From: Raillietiella orientalis
Taxonomy: Eukaryota
Direction of reading: 5' to 3'
Length of the DNA: 64,000 nucleotides
NCBI GenBank assembly: GCA_036172245.1
Contig: JAYWIR010000008.1
Coordinates: 3,658,001 to 3,722,000, forward strand
How positions within the stretch are numbered: position 1 is the first letter of the stretch; every line of letters starts with the position of its first letter. The position numbers were made by a program, and so were the translations under genes. Positions 1 through 11,275 of the stretch are shown here, piece by piece. A model generated the notes under the pieces. That model ran no database searches, was not told where the DNA came from, and was given only the letters and a program-made list of their open reading frames with translations.

Positions 1-66
1 ATCAGCGACTCCTCCTCCTCCTCAACGACTTTTCTCGGCAAGTCGGTGCTGCTTGCAATGTGGCAA

Positions 67-110
67 TCAACGTAACAGCCCATCGGCAGCGGAGTTGGCT
101 GTTACGTTGA
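67..110. repeat. Perfect 14-bp inverted repeat (hairpin) with 16-nt loop
   Basis: TCAACGTAACAGCC (67-80) is the exact reverse complement of GGCTGTTACGTTGA (97-110). Confidence 0.9.
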
Positions 111-3100
111 CCTTCCGAGATTGAGGTCAGTCCGGCTGGGTGCACCGAGGCGCTTCCCAGCCGGGTGCTTGGGGCGAACGTGGCGGCGTCTCGCGATCCA
201 CCCGAAACGGGGTTCCGGGGATGCAATTCTGAGTCACGTGTTTGCTCTGCGCCGATACGGCCGCGTGCTTCTGTGCATTTTCCCTGCGGGAAACGGCGCC
301 TGCTCGCGCGGAAGGGAGCGCCCCCCAGAGCCAGCGCCGGGTGGAGGAGACCGTCGGGGCGAGTGATCTGTGTCCCGCGCCAGGTCTCGATCCAACTTAC
401 GCGTCGTGGAGCCCATACGCTCCTGCACTCTCGCACACCTGCGTCAGCGGCCGCGATCTCCTTCTCCTCGAGCTGCGAACGCACGTGGGAGCCGCTGATG
501 GACCCCTCTCCCGTGGAGAGACAGGCGGTTTCACAAGGAAGGAGCTTTTCGGCGCGCGCGTGTGTGTGGGGATGGGAGGGGTGTGTGCGTTTCGCCCTCT
601 TGTGTGTTCTTCCAGGAGCGAGACCACGCGTGAAACGGGTGGTCCGTCAGCCTTGCCGTGTGAACACGTCGGAATCTCCTGGGCGAAACTGCCTGCCGGC
701 TCAGATCTGTCCTGGCTCTCTTCCCGCTCTGCCGGTCTTCTCTTCCCACGACTTCCGGCCGTTTCCCGCGTGCCCACGTACGCATCTGCCCGTTCGGGGT
801 GCCGAGGACGCTGCTGGTTGAAGGAGAAGGGGTGCTCCCGTGCCCGCCACGAAACAGTTCTCTTGGCGGCTCTGGAGTCGCGGCTGCCCCTTCCTCCACG
901 CAGCAAAGGCCCCACGTCGTGCAGCAGCGCCGCCGCCGGTCGCAAAGAGGACCTTTTTCTCCTGAGCTGCTGCTAGGTGATGAGGAGACCGCATCCCTGG
1001 GGACCAGGAGCTGCGAGTCACGCCCTATGGGCCACCATGAGGATCGAGGATGCTCACGAGCGCCATCTTTCTTTCGTATGATCCCCACTCAGGAGCTCTC
1101 GGCTTGGCAGAGACGACGTGAGTCTTTGGAGACTTCGTCCTCCTCCTCGCATGGCGCTGGGAGTTCTTCGGCTTCGCCAAGTTCATCTGCGAGGGGAGGT
1201 GACCCCTGAACCGCCTAGGGCTGTGCCGGGCTGGGCGTCTGCTCGACAGCTCGCACGCAGTCCGCAGCGGGAAAAAAAAATGGCCGCTCGTGCATGCACG
1301 CAGTACGAGTACCAGTCGTTCAGGTAATCCTGCCCTGAGGGGTTCGATCACGACGGAGCCTGCCCGATCGAAAATCGACCGATCAGGTGTGGAGTGATGG
1401 TGGGGGATTTCGGGAACGCGAAGGGAAACCCCCGCCGCCGCCGCACGCGAAAACCCGCCCGCCCGCGTCGCGCCCGGCCTTTCGCGCAAAGCAGTGGGCT
1501 CGCGAAGCACGCGCGACTTGCGCACTTCCGTTCTGACTCTTTCAGCCGGACTTTCACGGAGAGACACGTGAGGGGGGTCACGCAATCCCGCGAAGATCCC
1601 ACACGTTCCGACGACCGGTGTTGCGTGCAGTAGCTGCCCCAGCCCCACCAGGCAAGTCGCTCCGCTCCGCCGCCGGAACGGCGACCGTCGTTGCCAGTCT
1701 CGGGTTCGCGGATTCCACGCGAGATGGCGATACGGTCGGGCTTTCCCGCGAATTCCTGGTCGCTTTCGTCGTCCGGCGCCCTCGTGAAATCCACAAAATA
1801 GGGCGCCTCTTGTCCGAAAAACCGCTGCAAGACACGCTTCTGCCTTTTTTTTTTTTCTAAACGGAATTCTGGAGTTTGGATCACCTCCAGTACCATCGTT
1901 TGTGGTGACCCAGCGCACTGATGAGTTCGAAATCCGGTGATGATGATGCCTGCTCCCTGCTTGCAGAGATGCAGAAAAATTTCGAGGAAGAATAAGGGAA
2001 GGAGCTCCAGGCCGGATGACTCCGAATGGAGAAGCCAAGTGGTCCCGTGACACGCGCCTCTCACAAGGAGACCGGAGTCTGCCCTCTGCTATGGATCTCT
2101 CTGGAGATGCTTGAAAAAAAAAAACGCTCACGGAGACCCACGAACTGAGAGCCTTGCACCCAAGGCGGGGTTACGAGCGTTTCGGAAGAGCAGCTTCGGG
2201 ATGCGGAGATCACTATGATTACGTGTGATTCTGACTTCCGCGCTGGGTTCCAGATACTTGGAGACGGGCAAGAGGATTCTTCAGCTCCGTACTGTCGGGA
2301 TCACGTGACCGGACAAGTGGTCCGCTTCTTTGGAACGTCAACCTTCGAAACATTCGGGGGACGGTAGAAAAAAAAAAAAAAAAAAAACATACGCACACAA
2401 AATCCTTCTTTGGGTTAACTCTGAGTGTTCATAAAGAACGGAGGATGTAGAAGTGACCGAAAGCTGATTTTGAAGTAGCCGGTTGCCGGAGGTTTCCAGT
2501 TTCGATGACCTGAATTGTAGAAGGATCCATTTTCTGCCTCTCCGCCCGTTGTTTCTCTTACTGGAGGTGTTAAGACATCGGCATGTCTTCGAGGCAGGCC
2601 AACACGCCGAGTACGCCCGCCCGCGTTGGCCGTCTAGAGGTCACGGAGTCGGAGCGCGGCACCTAGCGTCCCAGATTCGAGTTCGAGGCTGTCCGCGAGA
2701 TGGCGCGCAGGCGGTTTCGGATGTGCATGGGCAGGGCACTGTCCGAGTCCGCGGCTGTGTACGCTCCGTCGACTAGCAGCCAGGAATCCGGGAAAGTGGA
2801 CCGTGCAGCGTTCCTCTTGCCCACTCTGCGCACGTGCCTTGGGGGCGTGGCAGTGGAAGAGTCTTGCGAGCTCCCATGGGGTGAAGCAACGGTTCTTGAG
2901 TGCTTAGGAACCAGAAAACGAAACCAACCAGAACCGAAGGGGGGGGGAAGAAGCAAAACCAGTCGGAAAGGTATCGAAGGCACCAACGATGAATTCCATC
3001 AGCACCATAGGTCAACAGTGACGGTCTCCTCGTAAGGTGGACTTACGGAAGCAAAAAACACCCGTTATAGCTTTCGTTGCGGATTCTGTAGACAATGACA

Positions 3101-3219
3101 ACCTTGCGCGCTTGTCCCGAGGTGGGATCCTAAAGGTTCCCAGAGTCAATTTTGAGGCAGCCTTTCTTGTTCCTCAGCTTGACCGTTCCTTCGGGTGCAC
3201 TCCCGCCATTATAACCCAC

Positions 3220-4344
3220 TCAGCTTCTCCATCCATTTTTATTTGATGGCCTTTTTCCCGTGAGAGGGCAGCTCGTTCTTGAAACGGCATCTCCTGAGGA
3301 CTGTGCCTCTCTACAGCCGGGAGAAACTTCTTTCGTTCCAGGAAGGGTGACCATCAGGTTCCTCGAACCTCGGGCAGCCCGTGCTCCGAGTTCCGAGAAG
3401 GCCGCATCCAGATGGGCGAAAACAGCACGGGAGAGAATTTCTGCATCCCCGTCTCCTCTCGACGAGGGATCCCAACGTCTTCCAAAGCTTCTTCTGATTA
3501 TTCCCGCCCGTCTTCCAGAGGCAGCCTCTCCAAGAGCGGCGTTTTCGATCCGGGTGTTCTGCAGAGCGGCTGCTGTGTTCCAGACTCCCCCCACGCAACG
3601 AACTGAATGACGAGGGCTGAGTGATCCGGTCTCCAGAGAAGGAGAGATGAGCGGAAGGGGATGAGGCTGCCGCGGCTCTCGCCCGCCTCTCCTCACCACT
3701 GCCACACGTGATGAACCAAGGCGGCATTCCGAATGCGGCTGTACACGCACAGTCCGCGACGGCGCGCGTGAGATGTTACCAAGGACTTCCAGACAGGGGG
3801 GAAAGCATCTGAGAAAATTCATCTCTTTCGCACCGAACATGGAGCAGCGCTTTGCACTGGGTATCTGACTGTTTGAAGATCGTTCCTTCGCTTCTGATAA
3901 GATAATGAGATAAGATGATTTTTCAAGATTCTCTCCGGCCGCTGGCTCCGGAAAGCGGAGCCTGCCTCCGCGGAGCGTTCCAGGTCCAAGACGGCCATCC
4001 CGGTGTGTTCCTGTCGACGACTCAGGCATCGCTGGAGAGCCGGAGGCGGCTTTTGGTCTTAGCGTTTGAACTTCCCTCCTGCGTGCCGAGAGGGGCCTCA
4101 GGGATTTCTCTCGATCTTTGTCACGGCGGATCAGCGTCTCCAGATCTTCCTGTCCTCGTGATTTCTGAGCAGATGAGCGATCGCCCAGGCTGCGATCGAA
4201 AAAGCTGATACTTGGAGGAAGATCAGGCAGTAGGCCAAGGTACTGACGTGCCAGTGTTGACCTGAAACGCAAAAGAGAGCTGCATGCATTCGTCGGGAAC
4301 CCCATCTTGGCGGCAAGGAAATCGTCCAGAAGCATTGAAAGCTC
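3220..4344 (-). CDS. Possible large coding exon of an unidentified gene
   Basis: 375 codons including the stop follow an acceptor-like TTTCCTACCAG|GAG (ELSMLLDDFLAAKMGFPTNACSSLLRFRSTLARQYLG...). No family motif is recognised, and it may be a chance ORF. Confidence 0.3.
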   Translation of the reverse strand, partial: ELSMLLDDFLAAKMGFPTNACSSLLRFRSTLARQYLGLLPDLPPSISFFDRSLGDRSSAQKSRGQEDLETLIRRDKDREKSLRPLSARRREVQTLRPKAASGSPAMPESSTGTHRDGRLGPGTLRGGRLRFPEPAAGENLEKSSYLIILSEAKERSSNSQIPSAKRCSMFGAKEMNFLRCFPPCLEVLGNISRAPSRTVRVQPHSECRLGSSRVAVVRRGGREPRQPHPLPLISPSLETGSLSPRHSVRCVGGVWNTAAALQNTRIENAALGEAASGRRAGIIRRSFGRRWDPSSRGDGDAEILSRAVFAHLDAAFSELGARAARGSRNLMVTLPGTKEVSPGCREAQSSGDAVSRTSCPLTGKRPSNKNGWRS

Positions 4345-7300
4345 CTGGTAGGAAATTGCTCCGGTTGAAATGCGTGTGTTGCGAGCGTGAGCGTGAGTGC
4401 TCCCGGGAGCCCTCCGCCATCTACCTGCAGAGCAACCGGTCAGATGCTGAAGTCTTCGACACGCGACACTTAGACGACACACGAAAAAAAAAAAAAAACT
4501 CAGTCCGGTGGTGGACGTATCCTTTAAACCATAACGAGTGTGCAGACTGGGAAAGCCAGGAAGATTCGATCGAAAGAGAGATGGAAGCGCCACAGACCGT
4601 CTTCGTCAACGACAAGACATTCGCCAAAGGCATTCATGTAAGCGGAGGAAGAGAACCAGTTAAGTAAAGGCAGAAGGCAGACGAAAGGAAGCCGATGAAA
4701 AGGAGGTTGGAAATGCACGAAGGACGCACATCGGGTTGCCGGGAGCACCCAGCGTGCCTCACGAGTATTGAAGCTGCAACCGGAGCCTGTAGGCCAACCA
4801 GCTTCGTCCTGCGGAGGAAGGGAGGGGGGTGGGGAGGGGGAACTCGAAACCCATTTTTCTGCGTCGATCCTTTCCCGGACCCTCAACGCTTGATGTCGCG
4901 TGCGGAGACCACGGGCGGCACTCTGATCTTAGCCAAAAGGTCGGGAACATTGAAACTGCAAGAGAGACGAGCGCTTCGCCCTTCTTCGCACTGAAGCGGA
5001 GTTCATCCGGTTGGAACAAGGTCAAACTTGTAACACTCGAATGATCATCGGCACTCCATCGCAAGAAACAGCTTTACATCACACATCGAAAGTGTGATGC
5101 ATGCGGTCAGCTCAGCTAGCGGCATGCGACGGTTCGCTTGGACTCCACAAAGTATGCGCCCTTAGCGCGGAAGAAAGAGCTGAAAGAGAAAAAGCCCTTC
5201 CCGCCCACTGGAATTTGTAGATTCTCCCTCTTCGTGTGTGTGTGTGCGTGTGCGTGCGCGTATGCATGTGTTTTAAAGGTGGAAGAAGAAGAAAGGTTGT
5301 TTAATCTTGGGATAGCGTGGCGGTTGGTTCCAAAAACTTCAGGAGCTCGCAGATGCTTTCGAAGTTGTTGCAGCCAGGCTGGCAGGCACATTCCTGCTGC
5401 CACACAGTGTCCCTGATGTTGACGATCCGTGGTAGGGGAGCGGGAGGGGAAAGTGCCCGAACTTTCAGAGTTCGAGGGAAGTTCAACGCTCAAGAGGCGC
5501 CCCGCATTGCCACTCTTCAGGGAGGGAGGGCGGAAAAAAAAATGTGCAGGAACCCCCCCTCCCCCCCCACTCTTTGCAGAGTGGCTCAGTTAACAGCAGC
5601 ACCTCATCTGCCTGCACACTCAGACCCATAAATCATGCATCTCCTACGCTCGGCGACGAAAACACAGAACTTCAGCTCCAAGACTCAGACGCGGATGCGA
5701 TCGTACGGATCAAAACAACCTCTACTAATAGAAGGTGACTTTTCCACTCGGCAGGACTTGTTCTCGCAGGTAAGCAAGAAGCTGCACAGACTCGCATCGA
5801 TCCCTTTGGATGTGATCTGGCTTATCCAGGACAGTGCAGCTCGCTCCAGCCTGAAAATTAGAGTTTACTGAACGTTGCGCGGAACTGGGGCGCGAACGGG
5901 GGAAGCTGCTGCATCTTTGAAACGCGCGGAGAGGGTGAGAGATCACGCGGAAGAAGACCATCGTGTCCAAGCTCGACGCGCTGGACCAGTGTGTCCGTCT
6001 GGTTCGGAAAGACTCGAACCAGCTCCTCGAGGGTCGTCTTGAGCGTGTGGAGTCCTTGACCGGGAAAAGCGAATGGCGGCGGAAGGCTTCCTGTATGCAA
6101 AAAAATAATCAGGGTCGGAAGAGATGTCGGAGGAAATGGAATAGGAGAGGAGTTCTCTCCATGAACAGTGGCAACGGTTTCAGCACGACACTGCGCGAAA
6201 AGGAAGGAACAGTGGAAGGCGCGTCGAAGCACCGGAGTGCGAATTCTGCAGCAGTTTGAGGACCACTCATCAAACGGCAATTGCTTTGGCAGATGGGATG
6301 CGTTGTCGACAGGCGGTCTGAAAGTTTTCGCTACAACTGAGCTTTCCTTAGACCGTCCTTGACAGCGAGACCTCAAGCGAACAGGTACCGGGAGGGAAAG
6401 TGGAAAAAGAACTTTGAAGAGAGAGTTCAAGACCAAGTAAACCGTTCTTCGATGCAAGCAAACTTGTCAGGACCCTGCCGAGCCGCAGAAAAGTCCGAAG
6501 GAGGAAGGAATGTTCACTCACTTTACGCTGAAAGGAGTAAAAGAGTGAGTGAGAGAGTACGTCGGAAGCAGGGATGTTTCGTTCCCATGCCTAACCGAAG
6601 AACTGCTCAGAGCTGCCAGGAGCTCCAAATCTGCAACTACGGACTAAGCCGGTGCAGATCGCTTTTGAAAACAGCCTGTGGTAACCCTGAAGCGGCATCT
6701 AGCAACCGTGTGGAAACTGACTCGATTCGGGAGGAGTCTTCAGGTGCACGAGAGCCGTCTGGAAGGGTTCTCCTCGAGCACATTCGACATCGGGAGCTGC
6801 TTGACTCAGCGAGCCTTGAACTGAGGATGAAATGAGACCAAGCAGACGGATCTCAGTCATCGGACTCGCACTTGTAGGAGTGCGATTCTAACGCCGCATC
6901 ACACGAAGAGTGTGGAAGAAATCGACGAAAGGTTCGGCAGGTGCTGTTATGAGCTTTGTGCTCGCATTCTTCTAGAATGGGCTGCCGGAAAAAGTTTCAT
7001 TTCTTCCCTTTCCCTTGATTTCGCTCATGTGCGTGCACCTGCCACGTCGCTGGGAGCAAGCGGTTCGATCTCTTTGCAGAGAGCGCAACCGCTTCAACCA
7101 GTGAAGGATTCGGTTGTGTTCGAGGGACATCGAAAGGCACGCATTTTCGTTCTTCCCATGCTGAAAGCAGGCATGGATTCCACCTGTGTGCTTTCGGCTT
7201 CGTTTTGAATGATGCTCGCCCTGCGGACCGGGGTCTTCTATCGTACAAAGGCATGCACGCATTTGCATATGTTGTTCAAGATGCATGCTACATATGTACA

Positions 7301-10011
7301 TGCTACATTCCATATTTTCCAGGAGAAAAATACACACAGTTGCACTGCCTTTTCCCCAAAGTCGACGAGCTTTTACGTTCTTGTCGAAAATTTACGCTTT
7401 GCTTTTCACGAATGTTGAAAGTTCCGGAACCTACTGGTTCCACTCCTCCCACTTCCGAAAGGAGGAGTGAGGGGGAAGGAACTCCATCGTTTCCTTTTCT
7501 GCTTGAAATATTCAAATCATTTCCACTTTCCTTGTGCGTCTTGAGCAATTTTGCCAATGGCTTCCTTGCAATTAGTGTGCGTGCCGGTGTGTTTCCTTTC
7601 GCGCGCCGGTACTTTCTTTTGCGCTTACGTCACGGCTCGCGAAGCAGCGGAGGCTCGCCCGACAACGCCTCGGGGGTGCCCACGAAGGAACAGGGGCTCT
7701 CGCCGCGCGGGAAAAGTAGGGTCTGCGCAGACGAGGCGAACGGGCTCCTGACGCTGCGACTTTGCAAAACATGAAATCTTACCTGGCGTGGAAGCTTTTC
7801 CCACATGCTTCCTCGTTCCGTGTATAGGAAGATATTCCGATTAGGAAACGCTGACCGCTTATTAGAGTGGTAATAGCAGAGCCGGGGTGTGGCTAGAATA
7901 GTAACGTAACAGTTTCACGGATTTCAAATTTCCATAAGAACATGTCGAAACCTTCAATGAGATGAAAACCCTACTAACGAATGGGAGCTTCTTTCAGCAT
8001 CAGCCCGAATGACCTGCCTTACGAATACGACATTCATGTAACGATACAACCTTAAAGGATTCTACACAAGGATAAATGCGGCTTCTCTAAAGATATTTTT
8101 ATAAAATAGACATTACAGGCTCTCAGATCTTGTCAATTAATGCAAGATATCTGATGAGGAAAATTGTCATTCCAAGACCATCTTACATCTTACGTACATT
8201 CTTTTCAGAAGCAGTAGACAACCCCAGTCATTGCCATAATGAGTTCAGACAGTCCCGTGCTAATTGATGATATATATCTATGAGGAAAAACCAAATCAAT
8301 AAAACTAGGAAGAGACAGATAGCCTTTTCGTCTTCTGCTGCATTTTCCAGGTTAGATTTTTTTTTTTTTTTGTCTTAGCTGCTGATGCTACCTAATTCTA
8401 ACCAATGATCTGTAACTTTGGTTATGAATAATGTGCATAGTATGCAGATGGAAATGCCGCAGAAAAAAGGATGATTAAAAGGAACCGGAGAGCAAGATTT
8501 CACGAATTCCACCTACTCGAACAATCAGAACACTAAAAAGTACTATGATATCAGATTTGCAAACTTTCCTTCAACATTTCAGTATTTGTTCCCAGGGGGG
8601 TAAACGAGGCATCCAATGATGAAGGACCAAACCGTCGATGAGCACCAGTTTGTGCACGTTTTCCCGTTTCTGTCAAGTGTGTGGCCAGGAGGTATGTGAG
8701 TTGCTGATTAGGATTTAACAGTGCAGATTGCTGAGGAAGTAGTCGGTCCTGTTTTTTTGTGCCTCTTTTTTTTTCGTGTGTGTGGGTTGTTCTGCCATGA
8801 GAACTGGGTTGCTGATGGTTTCGAGACTACGTAAAACAATTTATTCCAAAGCATTTTCAATTTGAAAATTTCAGTACACGAAACAGCGTAAAACGAAATG
8901 AAATAAATAAAGATGGTTCGTTTTACCCTTTTTGTACAACATGGAAGAAACCAATACTGTTTGAGACGAACGAACTTAGTGTGAAGCCTTTTTCGGAGAT
9001 GGCCTTTGAAACGCATAGACAGATTTAGAAAGAAAAATTCTTGTTACTCATGTATAAAAATCACTGTTCTTTATGTTTCCGGTACCAACTGTACAGTTTC
9101 TAATCATCTCTGAGCTTTTCGGATTACCTAAATGTGTGGTAGTGATGAGATCATAAGAAATGAATCCTTCAGTGAGGCGCATCCTTGATTTCGTTTTTCT
9201 AGGTGTCTGCACAAACGGATCCAGGCAAATAAGAGTGCCTTTCTCTGATCCTCGTGCCGGGATAAATGTAATTCCTCACAACCAAAAGCAGAATAATAAT
9301 CAAAGCAAAGAACTTTGTTCCCAAACTTAAAGAGCCGTTTGGTTCAATCGCACGTCTGCTACCGATGCGAATCAAGCAGCTTGGGTTCCCTGTGGTTGCT
9401 GCAGTCAATAAAAACATGGGTGTCCCTCTCGAGGTGAGGAAAAAATGCGATCACGTGAGTGCACGCTGTTCATCTGAGACTCCATGCTGAATTCGACGAC
9501 GAGCAGGCTGCTGTATGGTAAAACAGTGGTATAAACTGTGCACTTTGATGGGATCACTGGCCTACCACATGTGGGGAAAAAAAAAATCCTGCAAATCAGT
9601 CAAACTGGAATCCTTGCTCGTAACAGCTAAATGCATTTGATGTACAATCCTTTTCATAGGATCCTCGCAAAATAAGACCGAGAGAGAAGGGGGCAAGCGG
9701 AAAAGTTGAACAGCACATTACAACCTTCGTTACAGGCACAGATGCCCGTAACCAAGGTTGTGACAACTGTACTCTTACCCTGGTTATTTATTGATATCAT
9801 TTTAATTTGCGATGCGGAAATTGGATAGCCTGTAACACTGGTCATCTATCTAATTTGTCTAATAACTTAACGTTGTCGACAAGAATTAATGTCTTGAAGT
9901 TTGGTAAAGCGACTAAAAACAAAACAGAGTAGTTGCCTTTACCGTATGTGCGCTGCATTGCACACGAATCATGTATGTGTAATGTATTGGGGTGTCATGA
10001 CGGAAGCATAC

Positions 10012-10713
10012 CATGCAAGTAATTCCCGAGCTGTCCTCTGAAAGACACAAAGTCCGCAGTTTGTAGGAGTCCAGTCCACGATCCTGCACTTTGATTAAGC
10101 ATCTTTCGGCTTCCAAAGTGGACAGATTTGCGTATCTCATAATTCTGTTTGGCATTTTTCCATAAACGAATTGGCCCCAGCCAGCTATCTCAACGTTCTC
10201 GATATCTGGCATTTCTTCAGCTGGCACGCATATACGGCTAATCATCCCATTAAGTTTCAGAGATAGGTCTAACCTGTTTCAACAGCAACAAAGATTAAAG
10301 TACGGAATTTCTTGAAATTGATCAGTGACAGTTCTAGCTTTGGATGCACAGCAAAAAAAAAAAAAAGAAACTTTCTTGAGCAGGGTGAATCAATTCAAAT
10401 TCATGAAGCACTACTAGAATATCTGAATCGAACCTAAGAATCGCCAAATCAAAGCAGGGTGGGTCACATGGTTTTCCATAATCACGATGAATGCAAACAT
10501 CGAACTTGCTAAAAACTTCTTCGTATTCCTTCTGACCCGGTACATCAGGGATCAAAGAGATTTGTCTGGCGATGTGTGAGATGCCTCTAGAAATAACAAC
10601 GCCTATCAACGAGCCCTGTTTTTTTGGTTGATTGAAACGACTTGTCATGACAACCGAGTATTACAATACTTCTCGGATCAAGCCTTTCTATGCACCAATT
10701 AGGGATTTCCCAT
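10012..10713 (-). CDS. Divergent trypsin-fold (S1A) serine protease or protease homolog, partial exons
   Basis: Exons 10531-10434 and 10273-10012 splice in phase (GT-AG) to ...VCIHRDYGKPCDPPCFDLAILR-LDLSLKLNGMISRICVPAEEMPDIENVEIAGWGQF...MRYANLSTLEAERC...TLCLSEDSSGITCM. This gives the DIALL-like, ICLP-like, GWG and Cys landmarks in trypsin order. The upstream segment from 10713 has SIVILGCHD (VxLGxHD-like). No TAAHC or GDSGG motif was found. Confidence 0.55.
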
Positions 10714-11233
10714 CTACGAATGAAAGGAAATCGTCAGGTGTAGTGTATTTGTACCCTGTCGTCTTATTTTTTCGTGACACTGTGACACAACGACAAGAGA
10801 TTATAAACGCTCGTACATTCCAAAGAAAATAGTGAAGGATGTTCCTGTGAGGTGATAACGAGACAGAACGTTTGTATCATCCTTCAGATACCGGTTGATT
10901 GTCTCTTGATGCTCCCAGAACCAAGAGACCGCGCTCCCATTTGTCTTTCTTTGAAATCTCTGGAGAGATCTTTTAAATCCGAACACGGAAAGGAGTGAAC
11001 GTCCCGGGAGAGTGTGAAAATATCGGCTTCAGCACAGTCAGTTTCCAGTGTCTTTGAAACATCATCTCATCAGCTGCCTACTGCTCCACTACTGGACACG
11101 AATTACAAGAAGCAAGCAAACAGCGAAGTAGTTGTGGCAATTCTTCCTCGCAGTATCTTGTGACCATTTCTCGTAGTATCTCGATGAGAGATTCACTACT
11201 TTTGTTTTTAGACTTTTAGCTAACTTTTGCTTC

Positions 11234-11275
11234 TGCTAATCAGGATGCTGACGTAGGTCAGCATCCTGATTAGCA
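11234..11275. repeat. Perfect 19-bp inverted repeat with 4-nt loop
   Basis: TGCTAATCAGGATGCTGAC-GTAG-GTCAGCATCCTGATTAGCA. Confidence 0.95.

Noticed and set aside
8611..8715. Box C/D snoRNA-like layout (ATGATGA ... CTGA with ATCC/GGAT ends)
   Set aside because: Short motifs are expected by chance; no rRNA guide, internal D'/C' boxes or host gene identified.
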